Assembly: GCF_009914755.1 (NCBI RefSeq)
Contig: NC_060947.1
DNA from: the human T2T-CHM13v2.0 reference genome, Homo sapiens
Strand: one strand, 5' to 3'
Length of the DNA: 64,000 nucleotides
The notes below the pieces were generated by a model, which made no database searches, was not told the DNA's origin, and saw only the letters and a program-made list of their open reading frames with translations. The position numbers and the translations under genes were made by a program. How positions within the stretch are numbered: the first letter of the stretch is position 1; the number at the start of each line of letters is the position of its first letter. Positions 1 to 12,018 of this stretch are shown here, in pieces.

Positions 1-394
1 AGGAGTGGAGTACATCTTGAAGTGTCAAGAAATTCCAACTGACAACAGGAATTATTTTGGGAAGCATACTCATACAGGGGCTAGGGATCTAAGATTTCCT
101 GGTGGAAAAGAGGTGGAGAAGAGGAAGGCAAATTTTCCACAGTATAAGAAGTCTAGGAGTTTTATGAAGTGGCAACCAGTACAGAACTCCTAAACAAAGG
201 CTTAGTTCAAACTCTCAGAGATATTAATGTATTTTTCTCAATTTTCCATTCTGTAATACCTTTTATGATGCCCAAGCCATCAGCAAGGATTTGTTAAACT
301 TTAACAATATTTATGTATATATCCTTTACCAGGAGCCAGGAATTTTTTTCTATGCTTCATGTAAGTAACCTATTTAATTCTTAGCACACTCTTG

Positions 395-1860
395 ATTATT
401 CTTATTAAAAGTTTGTCAATTTTGTTGATCTCTTCAAAAAATCAACTTTTGTTGATTTTGATTTTCTCTATTGTTTTTTCTATCTTTTTATTTTATTTAT
501 TTTTGCTATAATCTTTATTATTTCCTTCATTTTGCTTGTTTTAAGTTTAGTTTGCTCTTATTTTTTACTTCCTCAAATTGTCAAGATAGGTTACTGAGAT
601 CTTACTATTTTTTTTTTAATGTTGGTATTTACAGCCATAAATTTCCCTCTAAGCATTGCTTTCACCGCATCCCATAAGTTTTGGTATGTTGTGCTTTCAT
701 TTCCATTTATTTTAAAGTAAAGCCTAATTTCTTCTAGGATTTTTTTTCTTTAACTCATTGGTTATTTACAAATGTGTTTTTACATTTCTACATATTTGCA
801 AATTTGTCAAATGTCCTTTGTTGTTGATTTCTAATTTAATTCCATCATTGTCAAAGAAGACACGTCATATAATTTCAATCATTTAAATGCATTATGACTT
901 GTTTTATGACCTAACATATGATCTATATTCAAGAATGTTCCATGTGTACTTGAGAAGAATGCATATTCTGTTCTTGTTGAGAGCAGTGATTTATGAATTT
1001 CTCTTAGATCTAGTTGAATGATAAGATGTTCAGGTTTTCTATTTATTTTTTGATCTTCTGCCTAGTTGTTTTATCCATTATTGAAGGTGGGGCATTGAAG
1101 TCTCAGACTACTATTGTTAACCTGTCTGTTTCCACCATCAATTCTCTGTTTTTGTTTCATGTATTTTGGAGCTTTGTTGTTAGGTGCACATATGTTCATA
1201 ATTATTTTATCTTTTTAATGGATTGACCTTTTTATCCTTTTTATCACTCAAAATATCCTTTTTCTCTACTAACAATTCTTTTGAAGTTCATTTTGTCTAT
1301 ATTAGTATAGCCACTCCAGCTCTCTTCTATTACTATTTTCATGGTATATATTTCCATTCCTTTACCTTCAATCTACTTGTACTTTTGAATCTATATGTGT
1401 CTATTACAGACAGCATACAGTTAAAGTCATGTTTTCTTCCCATTCTGCTAATGTGTGCCTTTTATTTGGAGTGCTTAATTCATGTTCATATAATACAATT
1501 ACTAATGAGGTAGAATTCATGGCTGCCATTTGCTATTTGTTTTTTATATGTCTGATGTCCTTCTCAGCTTCTCTTCTTCTTCATTACTCTTGTCTTCTGT
1601 GTCAAATAGATATCTTCTAGTGAACCATTTTAATTCCTTTGCTTTTTAAATTATGTATTTTTATTACTTTCTTAGTGGTTGCTCTTGAGATTACAATTAG
1701 CATTCTTTATAGTAACAACTTAGTTCATATTAATACCAACTTGGTATCACTTATATACAAAAAAAATTTGCTTTTATCCTTTGTGCATTTTTGTCATACA
1801 AATTACATCTTCATACATTGTGTTTCTTAATTAGTACTTATGTAGTTGTGTTTTAAATTA
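395..1860 (-). mobile_element. Old L1 (L1M-type) ORF2 5' fragment
   Basis: T-rich antisense L1 motifs, e.g. gaatgttccatgtgtacttgagaagaatgcatattctg and ttggtatgttgtgctttcatt. Confidence 0.8.
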
Positions 1861-1991
1861 GATAGAGGAAAATCTGCAATGCTACTGAGTAAGCTAAACA
1901 CCTCCAGCCCACCAAATGAAGTAATCTTAAAGTGCCCATGATGGTACATCACCAGCAAATGGTTCTTGAACAAGATCTCCTAGCTCAATAC

Positions 1992-2065
1992 CTACTTAGA
2001 AAGAGTAATGGGAAGAGTTCATTAACAAGGCTATGTTTCAGTAATCACGTATTAAATATTTCTGC
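1992..2065 (-). pseudogene. Weak candidate exon
   Basis: Acceptor caattccctgtatctatag|, donor AG|gtattg. Reads AEIFNT*LLKHSLVNELFPLLFLS in phase 0. Confidence 0.22.
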
Positions 2066-3084
2066 CTATAGATACAGGGAATTGTACAAGACTAATGTTT
2101 ATAATAGCAAATAATTGACAATTTCATCCCCAGGTGCCAATTAACAAGAATGGTCTGGATAACCATTTACTTGTATTAAGTGGAATGTGAACCTTTATTC
2201 ATACCATTTGAAAGCCATAAATTAATGATAATGTCATGTTTCAGAGGAAGGACCTACACCTCAGAAAACTTTTATCATCAATACATATAATAAAGAATGT
2301 AACTTAAACTAAACAAGTATTAACCTTTTATTTGAATCACAAACAGGACTTAGGTTAAAGTATTTTCTAAGTGATTTTTTCCTTTCTTGGAAAGATTAGA
2401 TATGGTTTGATTTATAACTAGTTTAATTAATAAATCTATTGTTTTTCAATCTACTTATTTTGGTATCAAGTTAAGAAAACAGGGTCAATGGTTTTCATCA
2501 ACAGCATGGACATCCCTATAAGCAAACTATCAAGAGTTGACTGTACTTGAAATGTCCTTAGAAAAAGCCTCTACTTTGAATAGCTCTTGATTTTCTCTTT
2601 AAACAAGAAACAATTCAAGAAGAAGGTCAAAGAGATTAGAAGAGAAATTTGTGTTGACAGATGGGTGAGCCTTCCCGTGCTCTGCTGCCAGGTAAAATGA
2701 GTCCACTGGAGTTGCTATCCATTTCTTCTACAGCTGTGAGGCAGCTGGAGGCACATTTCACTACTTATTAGCACAGACCTAGTCCATTTGGAAACTGTCT
2801 CGGGAAATAACAATTTGACATTTAATAATTCATTTGTTGCTAAAGCCAGTATTTTGGAATGGTATGTGAGGCATCCCACATTTAACAGCAAGAACTTGAG
2901 CTATTGCCGGCAAGGTTATAATATCTTACTAGTTTTTCAAGCTTATAATTTAATAATACAGAAAAAAAGATGGCTCTTTGTATGTACATAGAAACTCATG
3001 GAAAAGTTTGTTTTAGTTCTGTAAAAAGGTAGACCCTTCCTTATCAATAATGTATAAGTGTAAACACAGAGTTTATGTAACACT

Positions 3085-3310
3085 CTTTTCCAAGTAGAGC
3101 ATACTTGTAAAGTACTTTATATATGTTATGTCATTTAATTCTCAAAACATACCTGTTATTGGTATTAGCCCTATTTCACAAGTGAAGAAAGTGAGGTTAT
3201 GAAAACAGTAATTTAGTTACAAAAACCACACAACTAATAAGTAAATTAATTCAATTTAAAAGCAGGTCTGTCCAGCTCCAAAACCTGTATATCTTTAATA
3301 CATTATGCTA
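3085..3310 (-). mobile_element. MIR SINE
   Basis: Antisense MIR core: catttaattctca...ccctatttcacaagtgaagaaagtgagg. Confidence 0.7.
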
Positions 3311-3542
3311 TTCCCCAATCACTATACACTTATCTGTTTCAAAGTTAAAGATCACTGGGATAGTTTCGATGGTTTAAAAAAAGAAAAAGAAAGAAAAATA
3401 AAGGAAAAAAGAGAAGAATATCAATGGAACCCCCGGAGGAGTGCTTAAAGTCTACCTTTATGAATATATCATTTTCTTTATGCTTTATGCCAGTGAAAAA
3501 GGAAAAAAAAAAGGAGAGAAACCTGGAGAATACACTCTTGGG

Positions 3543-3820
3543 CCAGAATTCTCCAAAGTTTGCTACATAGAACATTAATACTGATAAATTTTTAAGGATT
3601 GATATCTGAAAAGAAGTTGAATTAGTTCAGTAAGACACAGGGTTAAACACAGTTAAACAGATATTTTCACTGTTGAATTTTTCCAAGCTTTTAATATGTT
3701 AATATGCACGGCAAAGTTCCAAGAGGCACTATGGAAACGCAGTTTCCCTAAATGTATCATTTCACAGGAATCTGCTTTACCAAATTTGTTTTGCAGAATG
3801 CCAGCTTAAGAAATCTTCTG
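3543..3820. mobile_element. hAT-Charlie DNA transposon relic (Charlie4-like)
   Basis: gggttaaacacagttaaacag...cttttaatatgttaatatgcac motif recalled from Charlie4-type elements. Confidence 0.5.
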
Positions 3821-4023
3821 TGCCATTTCAGTGACTGTCACCTAGTGTGATGAAGAGAAACAGGTAAATGCTTGAGATGTCTGAAAAAATGGAAATATTC
3901 AGGGAGTCTAGAGCTCCCCCAAAAGTCTACATTATAATTTTGCTTATGGTTAACTAGACTTGAAAACTTGTCAAGGAGAACAGCACTTTTGTGGCCTGAT
4001 CTCTCAACATACAGTTTTATTTT

Positions 4024-4330
4024 ATTTATTTATTTATTTATTTATTTATTGAGACAGAATCTCATTCTGTCACCCAGGCTGGAGTGAAGTGGCACTATCT
4101 CTGCTCACTGCAGCCTCTGCCTCTCAGGTTCAAGTGACCCTCCTGCCTCTGCCTCCCGAGTAGTTGGTATTACAGGCGCCCACCACCACACCCAGCTAAT
4201 TTTTGTATTTTTAGTAGAGACAGGGTTTTACCATGTTGGCCAGGCTGGTCTTGAACTCCTGGCCTCAAGTGATCAGCCCACTTCGGCCTCCCAATTGCTG
4301 GATTACAGGCATGAGCCACCTCACCCGGCC
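4024..4330 (-). mobile_element. AluS (Sx/Sz-like), full length
   Basis: Antisense Alu dimer with (TTTA)n tail; 13-bp TSD acagttttatttt at 4011-4023 and 4331-4343. Confidence 0.97.
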
Positions 4331-4332
4331 AC

Positions 4333-4508
4333 AGTTTTATTTTTGTATACTAATATGTCATGGCTAGCTGCAAATTAAGGTAATAAATTTGTTCCTATTG
4401 CTCTTTCCTGTGTGACCAGTGACTTTTCAATAGGAACTTTTGGTGTTGGTTCCGGATGTGACAACAGCACTCGATTACCAAATACAGGTGGCCAAGTCAC
4501 AAAGAGAG
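4333..4508 (-). pseudogene. Candidate disabled exon whose donor is split by an Alu
   Basis: Acceptor ttgcataatgtatcag|. 176 nt, phase 1 to 0: [58 protein letters not shown] (one stop). Removing the Alu and one TSD restores ACT|gtatgt. Confidence 0.42.
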
Positions 4509-4654
4509 CTGATACATTATGCAAACATGGATCAAAATGAATGAGTACAGCTGCCATTCATTCACCAGTGTCAACCTTATGTGTAGTTATAGTAGATGCT
4601 TGCCCAAACATCATGATTTGCACCATCCTGCCCCTAAATACGTTCTCCCTCTCT

Positions 4655-4911
4655 TCCTAAGAAATCATAGCACCTACAATTCTTTCACTGAAGCTATATT
4701 CTTTGGGTTAAGTACTGCCCTCTATAGACATCAATTTAGAAATGGAAAAAATACCTCCAGAAGAGTCACATATACAATCCCTCACCATAATTTATCAGAA
4801 CTTTTCTACCATGATTAGAGGAATGGACTCTCACATGTGGGATTGGGATAACGGGCTTCTGCAGGACACCAAAGAGAAACTTTACCTCCCAATTTGACTG
4901 TGAGCACCAAA
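4655..4911 (-). pseudogene. Disabled exon encoding an Ig-like (I-set-like) domain
   Basis: Acceptor ttctgttttgttagttttttgttag| at 4912. Phase-2 reading LVLTVKLGGKVSLWCPAEARYPNPT is a typical Ig A'/B strand (V..G..V.L.C.A...P.P). Shifted frames continue DSSGGIFSISKL, YRGQYL and KNIASVKEL*VL. Second Cys and donor not recoverable. Confidence 0.62.
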
Positions 4912-5281
4912 CTAACAAAAAACTAACAAAACAGAATAAATGAAAAATGCCCCCACTGAGTTCCTTCTTTTTCCCTTTCCCTAATAGCCAGGAACCCCCA
5001 CAGCTATGGATAGAAAATCAGACCAGGAGACTTGGCATTCCAGTGTTACAGCCAATGTAGAAGGAGGCATAAATCACAGTGTTCAGATTAAAGTTCTGCC
5101 TGTCATTTGGAAATGCCTCTCAAACACATATTTGGGGAGAGAATTAAGATCCATGGGACAACTAAAGACTAAAATGTATGATACTAGTTTTAAAGGTAAT
5201 AAGATTTCCATTGAAGAAGAAATGAGTGTGTGCTGGAACAATCAGGGAAGCTTACTGGAAGATAAAAAAACTTGAGCTCAC

Positions 5282-5579
5282 TTTTTGAGTTCCCAAACCC
5301 AAAATGAGATACAGTAGTGGTAGTTGTTTCTATGGGATCAAGCAGAGTTCACAAATTGGTTTCATCTCTTGTGCCAGTTCCACACAATATATAGTGGTGC
5401 CTGGAGCACCTTGTTGAGAAGCATGCTGAAAGTGTTTCCAGGGTTGGCATAAAAGAGTGTCACGATCAGTTTGGTGATATTTGCTATGGGATACAACAAC
5501 CTTATCCGAGTACGGAAGCAAGAACCCTCCAAAGGCAATTCTGAGCTGATAAAGATAAGCTCAAACATCTGAACCCCAC
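5282..5579 (-). pseudogene. Candidate disabled exon of the fossil gene (start resembles a CUB C-terminus)
   Basis: Acceptor ctgctttatcttagttcag|, donor AAA|gtgagc. About 71 open codons in phase 1: GVQMFELIFISSELPLEGSCFRTRIRLLYPIANITKL...; ends in phase 2, compatible with the next (Ig) exon. Confidence 0.45.
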
Positions 5580-6269
5580 CTGAACTAAGATAAAGCAGTA
5601 GTATATATTCTCCCTACCTCTGGGAAATTCATTTCCCTACTTTTACATAATTTTAAACAGGGAATCTCCATAACCATTTCTCAGCATTACCTCTTTTAAC
5701 AGATAGACAGGAATCACCTTATAACGTGGAAAATTTTAATTTTCAGTTTAGTTGAGTTCAAGTCATGTTTAATGGTTTAAAAAATAATTAACATGGGCTC
5801 AGTTTGAAAAATTATGTATGCAGTGAGAATGTTAAAACACAGCCTGCTTAAATGTCTGAGAACTAAAAGAATCTATCTTTATTTGGTGCCAATTTCTGGC
5901 TCTACACCAGATGGGCCTACGAGTGGCTGTGGTCCTGTGAGTTTTAAGAGGAGTTGAAGGGATGGAAAAATTCCGTTTTAATGTTTCCCCTCACTACCCT
6001 CAGCAGGGGTCTTCTCATAATTGTATCTCCTCAAAAATCAGAAAACAATGCATACTTTTCAGTATACCCTTAGTTTTTATGAATCTAAGATTATATTTAA
6101 ATATATTGTGTTAGTTGAGCTTTGTTTTTATCTCCAGCAAATTGTAGTGTTTCCCTTTAAGAGAACACTTTGTATTCTGTTGTCATAGCAACACAATGTG
6201 CTAGTTGGCTGAAAAACTGACATTTCCCCTTGATGTTTATTATTCATGATGCAGACACCATTTTCTCCA

Positions 6270-6489
6270 TCACCTCCATCAGCACTAAGGGGTCTCTCCA
6301 TTTAAATGTAAATTGACCATAAAAAGATAAAAGGCTCCACTTTTACTGGCAATGAAAAGTATCTGTCTTTGCCATTTTCTTCCTTTCTTCTGTGCTTCTG
6401 ATTCAATACCTCCATAAAGGAGATGATCTTTAAAAGTTGAAGAGACATTTGCCATTCCACCAAAATTTGGGACCTTTCTTAGGCACATA
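6270..6489 (-). pseudogene. Candidate disabled exon of the fossil gene
   Basis: Strong acceptor ttttcttctcttttggcatag| at 6490, followed immediately by 67 open codons in phase 2 (ORF 6285..6488). 3' end uncertain. Confidence 0.35.
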
Positions 6490-6716
6490 CTATGCCAAAA
6501 GAGAAGAAAATTTTCTCATCAACAGAAAGAATAACCTTGGCTAATATTTATAAACATAAATTTACACTTTTCAAAGTATTTGCACAAAAATCTCAACCGG
6601 ATGTCTCTTCTGGACTCTAGACAGGCTCAAAATGCAATTCCTTCTCTACAGTCTTCAAAACAAGGGCATATACAACCAGTCTGCTTTGGGTTTAAAAATA
6701 AGATATTCACATTTAC

Positions 6717-6906
6717 TTTAGAAGCACTTCATAAAAAGGTGGTTTCTACGCATAATAGGCTTCTGTGAGACCACACAGAAGGTCTGCTTCCCACAAACCT
6801 CATCCAACCACTCTTTCCTCGAACAACCTGTTCAGCCCGTTTTCTTTTTCTAGAATATAGGCTCCAAGGAAGGTAAGAGCTTCGGCCCATTCGACATTTG
6901 TATAGT
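6717..6906 (-). pseudogene. Candidate disabled exon of the fossil gene
   Basis: Acceptor gtgcttccatggtttcag|, donor AAA|gtaaat. Phase-1 reading DYTNVEWAEALTFLGAYILEKENGLNRLFEERVVG* has 2 stops; ancestral frame uncertain. Confidence 0.35.
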
Positions 6907-7416
6907 CTGAAACCATGGAAGCACATACATCAGTAAGCTCCTCTTTCTTTCTTCACTTATATTTTTAGATTTTTTAAGTAAACAAAGAATAATCCTTTTA
7001 TTCCTCAGTATTTATGGAATCAAATGGATAGCAATGGGAATTTGATCTGAACATAAATGTATATTTAGGGAATGACTAAATAATTGTATAAACTTGAAGA
7101 ATGCTTTCATGAAGGATTTGGGAAATTTTTCCAAGACTCACCCCAACTTCAAGCCATTAGAATTTTGAAATTTTTATATTAGTAGAGTAAACTTACATTT
7201 AGTCAGAAGGCTGTGAGTAGAGAATAGAAATTCTCCTCATTTCTCCTTAATTCTGTTAAAGAGTTTCCTAAATTCATGGTGCACTTTCCTGCCTCAATAA
7301 GTGAAATCTTTAAAAATGACTGTTTTTTAATTTCTTTTTTTATTTTTGTTGTTAATGCTCTTGTAAGACCTCAAAGTTTATACCAGGAACATCAATTATT
7401 ACTCTACAGTGGCAAG

Positions 7417-7672
7417 ACAGTGTGGCAATATAGTTAGATCCTCAAGCAATAAAATCAGACCTTGGTTTGGGTCCTTGCTATGCCTCCTACTAGCAAGTGG
7501 TCATGGGAAGATAAACTTACCCACTCTGGGCTTTAGTTCTTTCACTAGCAAAAATATATCTTATAACAGTGTTTATTTTATTTATTCTTATGAAGATTAA
7601 ATGAGATTATGTTAAGTGCTTAGCCAAACATCTGGCATAATAGTGTTTACTGAATGTTAGCTAATTTTTATT
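7417..7672 (+). mobile_element. MIR SINE
   Basis: MIR tail gaagattaaatgagattatg...aagtgcttagc...tggcataatag...gaatgttagcta. Confidence 0.75.
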
Positions 7673-8099
7673 AGTATTGCAGCAGGAGGTAAGCATGGAG
7701 AGCCTCCAAAAAGTTATTTTAACTAAGTTTTTGATATAAATTTACTTATTGATGTTTACCTCTTTGATTTCATTAAAAATGGGGAATGTAGGAGCCATTA
7801 CAGAGCAACCAAATCAAATATGCCAGTGAATTATTTTCACTACTCTCACAACAGCTATATAGAATCAAAAGTAGGAAAGCATTCAATAATCACCTTGTTA
7901 GAAGTTATTCCAGATATATGCAGTAAACTTGGACTTAAAAACCACCAATGAAGAATTCTGCATTAAAGCAATTTTTCTTGGATCTAATCGAAAACCCTTT
8001 GGCTAGTATTGAAAATAACTTTCTCTTTAATCTTTGATGATGAAGAACCACTAATCTCCATGATTGTTTTAATAACCTCTAACAGAGCCAAAATTTCAT

Positions 8100-8290
8100 C
8101 ACAGAATTGTGGCATCAAATCTAGAAATGGTGTTACAGATTTGCTAGTCCAAATAGCTCATTTTGAAGATAAAAATATGAAGTTGTCATGAGAATTAACG
8201 GCCCGAAGTCGTGAAAATAGTGAATGGCAGATGGCCTGGAACCAAAGCCTCCTGGCTCCCAATCCATTGCTTCTGCCATGAAATCATTCT
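8100..8290 (-). mobile_element. MIR-family fragment
   Basis: ctcattttgaagataaaaatatgaag...ggcagatggcctggaaccaaagcctcctggctcccaatcc. Confidence 0.55.
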
Positions 8291-8323
8291 GTGAAGCACT
8301 GGATCTGTGATAAACATTACTAG

Positions 8324-8805
8324 TTGTATAAGTTTGTGTTCTCCTGATAAGGAATTCTGAGACAAGAACTTGAATACAAATAGCTTATATGGCAAGAGAT
8401 CCTAAGAAGCCCAGGTAAGTGGAGAGACTGGGAAGGGAAAGAAGCCAATACTGAGTTAGTTACTCTGTGAACAACTGGAACTCAATCCTGGTGGAGACCT
8501 TGAATGAAACCATTTAGAAAGCACCTCAGAATTTTCCCACTGAAGGATCGGATGGTTGAGGCATTTATCCACTGACCTCCTATCCCCCATTTGTTGAGTA
8601 TTAGCCTCAAGCACTTTAACTTCATCACCTTCCCAGGCTGTACTTTTGTGTGGATTGAGCAGCCTTCCAATGCTTTGGAGATAGTACTAAGACACAAAAA
8701 CCGAGAGACACTACAGAGTGCTTGAGATGGAATGAACTGTTTACTACAGCTGCACTGAAATGAGATGGACTGAGGGTATTTTGTGTGGGACAAGTGTCTA
8801 CTATA
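8324..8805 (-). mobile_element. LTR16-family (ERVL) solo LTR
   Basis: ctgagacaagaacttgaatacaaatagcttatatggc...gggaagggaaagaagccaata...caactggaactcaatcctg. Confidence 0.65.
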
Positions 8806-8809
8806 CTAC

Positions 8810-9205
8810 TTTTCACCAATATCTAGCTATCTTCTCCTGACCACAGAAGGGAAAAAGTGAATTTCTTAGCTATTGTGCAGTAGAGTAGAGCTATCTGAAA
8901 ATAAAACGTGGACAATAATATCCTGTCACTTCTGGTCGAAGGTAATTAAAGGGTCATATGCAATTCTCCACTACCTCTCCTGCCCTGCTATAGCAATCAT
9001 GAAGTGGGCCTTGAAATGACAAGGACAAAGACAAATGCACTGTGTATTCCAGAATAATCATATGGGGGACAGCTACCTTGAGGAGTCACCTGGGACCCAC
9101 AGCACATTCTGTCAAAATAAGAAATAGACTTTTGTTGTGTTAAGCCACTGATATTTGGGATCTTGCTTATTACTGCAATATACTTAGCCTATTCTATCTA
9201 ACATA
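8810..9205 (+). mobile_element. MLT1 (MaLR, MLT1I/J-like) LTR
   Basis: 3' signature gaaatagacttttgttgtgttaagccactgatatttggg...ttactgcaata. Confidence 0.75.
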
Positions 9206-10679
9206 GGCTCTGCCATCTGCAAGTCATATATCTTAAAATATTTCTGAAGTTGTAAGGATGTGCCATAGGGAAACATCCCATGTCATCTTAACTGTTCTTT
9301 ATGATTATGACCATATTTTTCCAGAGGCTGGTCAAGATTAGAGCTGAAATTTGTGATCAGGGTAAAAAGCTAAGCTTATGTGGAGACTGGATATATATGT
9401 ATTCTGGACCTTGTTCTCACATAACTATTACGATAACAAGCTACAGTCAAACTATAGATGAACTGATAAAACTGCCCTCCTGTGGTTGCAATACTTGCAT
9501 CCATGCCAGAACTTCCATAGAGTAATTTTTTAAATGTTCTAACACTATTTCATTTATCTATCCATCAAAAGCCCCTGCTTTTGAAATATCACGATAGGCT
9601 ATGCCTTTTTCAAGCCACTTCCCTGATGAGAAAATTTAGCACATCTCTGTCAGCCAGAATTCAAACTGTTCAGACATTGTTGGTCAAGTTATAGAGATGC
9701 TATAGTTATTACACTACTGATTTTCCTTTACATCATTCTCTTTTATCCTTCTTTTGAAGGAAAACATACTTCCATGGATTGAGAGTCATATCTTTAAGGG
9801 TTTCCAGAGACATACCCACAGCAGAGAGGCTTAACCCCCAAACTCCTGGTCTGGGATTCATTCTGTAACATCTGTTATATTCACTCATGGACTTTACCAA
9901 CTCAAGTGGGATGGTTTCTGCTCTCATCACAGTGTATAACTCTGATCAAACCCCTGAATCTACATTTTCTTCACAGGTCAGTTTTATTTACCTATAATTA
10001 CTCTTTCTCTGAACTGTTTTTGACTTTTCTATTTCTACACAGCACCGACACTGATGCAACAAATATTCTCTACTAATGATGCAGAAATAGAACATCTCTT
10101 GAGCATTTTACTACCATTCAGGTATCAAGAGCTTTCCCAGGTAGTTGGGTATTATGACTCATCCCAGTAGTTTTTGGGAAAGAAATTCCAATGCATACTT
10201 GCAAATGTAATGCAGAAACATCACAGTGTTGTTTTGTACTGGAAGATGAACATGCTAGAGTGCATTTCTTTGTCTCTCACTTACTCTCAAGTGTAAATTG
10301 GCACATTTATTGCAGTCCTTTAGCTACATGAGCATGACCATTCCCATTGGGCAAGGCAAAGAAATAACGTTCAATTCTTAGACTTCCTTCAAAATTATCC
10401 AGTATTTTGGGGACTAGTGGTGTTTAATTCATGTTTTTTCTTATGTTGTAATTAAGATAACTTTAGTTTCTTCCCCACTTCACCCCAACCCCCAATTTTT
10501 CATACAATTGCTGTGCTTTGAGATCCCATTTTATCCTCTAAAAATTTGAGTCATCTCACAAAGGAACTACTAACACGATTGTTAAAATAAAATGGAGAAA
10601 CACTGTATAATAATATGGCAAGGGTCAGGGAGAGGGAGGAGGGGAAATCATGCAACCATTTTTGTTTAATTATAGTGCT

Positions 10680-11260
10680 TTAATTTCTTATTCAGTCACT
10701 GAATGTCTGTTATGTGTGACACGCAATTCTAGACATAGTAACATGGAGTTATATGAAGAAGATAGAAGACAATACAGTATGAGATAAGATATATAGACAG
10801 ATATAGACATATATGCATGTATGTAGATGGATGGTTAGATAGACAGATATTGATGCAACAGGCATGAGCTTTTAGAGAAATTTCCAAATTTCCATTCGAG
10901 TTGTGCCTCAAAATATAAATAGCATCTCATCAGATCTAGATAGGAAGGTAATGAAGTATTTCAGGCAAAAGAAATAAATAGCATGAGCAAAAAGTATCAA
11001 GGTGGCAAAATGAATGTAAATACTTCAAGTTGGCTGGGGCATATAATTCATAAAAGAGAGCAGTGCTTGATAAAACTAGAAAGGTGGATTCAGAGCCAGA
11101 TCACAGAGGGCACTGAATGACAGACTGAGGAATTTTGACTTAATTCAGTAGGTTATGGTATGCCACTGATAATTTTTGAACGGGAAAGGCATATGATGAG
11201 TCTGTGCTTTAGGGAGATTAACCTGGCAGCAGTGTGCATAATGGATTAGAGGTAAGAATG
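10680..11260 (-). mobile_element. L2 LINE fragment (appears to resume at ~17995-18300)
   Basis: gccagatcacagagggcactgaatg...gaggaattttgacttaattc...gattaacctggcagcagtgtg. Confidence 0.7.
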
Positions 11261-11757
11261 TGGGTAGAGAAGAATCATTATAAACTAAAGTGAAGACACA
11301 TCTCACAAACACAGACACACACACACATTTACCAACACATACTTAATTATGTACATTCATTAACAAAGGAAAAAATCACATTTTAAAAATATTGTGATTT
11401 TGGGGGTCCACTATTCCACTCAAAAAACTTACATGCTGGAGTGAGCATGAAATAGGAGCATGAGTATGTTATTCGACAGCTGATCTCTCGGTTCCCATGG
11501 TACTCTAATATTGTGAGCATCTTGCCATGCTAAGTGTGGTTCTACAATTAAAATATATGTATTTTGTTTTGGTATACTATTGTTCCTAAACTCAAGCCAA
11601 CTACTTTATCTACTGCTGAAAAGAAGAGTTATCTATTTCAAACCTCGAGAAACTATTGTCTGCACTGAATCATTACGATACAATGTCATTTTCCTAAGTG
11701 ATACCGTCCTAAGAGTTTTGCACTGATGTTTAAACTCTAAACTCTATAAAAATTGTG

Positions 11758-12007
11758 GCCTGTAATCCCAACACTTTGGGAGGTCAAAGCAGGGGGATAA
11801 CTTGAGGCTAGGAGCTTGAAACTAGACCTCAGCAAGACCCTGTCTCTACAAAAATAACAAATTAGTCGACTATGGTAGTGCACATCTGTAATCCCAGGGA
11901 GCCTGATGTGGGAGGATTACTTCAGCCCAGGAATTCAAGGCTTCAGTGAGCTCTGATGGTGCCACTGTACTGCAGCCTGGGTGAAAAAGTGAGACCCTAT
12001 CTCAAAA
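11758..12007 (+). mobile_element. AluJ, slightly 5'-truncated
   Basis: Diverged dimer with J-type ggaggattacttcagcccaggaattcaagg; TSD aaaaattgtg at 11748-11757 and 12008-12017. Confidence 0.92.
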
Positions 12008-12018
12008 AAAAATTGTGA

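Noticed and set aside
2640-2991. Resemblance to polycystin PKD/REJ motifs (QVLAVKCGMP, VKLLFPETVSKWTRS), and plus-strand ORF 2788..2991
   Set aside because: Similarities fall in different frames and strands and are too loose; no WDFGDG-type motif is seen.
6780-6815. GWMRFVG, resembling the uromodulin D8C motif GWYRFVG
   Set aside because: The surrounding cysteine pattern is absent; probably chance.
11340-11745. Unassigned segment between L2 and AluJ
   Set aside because: Probably an old repeat I cannot identify; no TIR, ORF or splice evidence.
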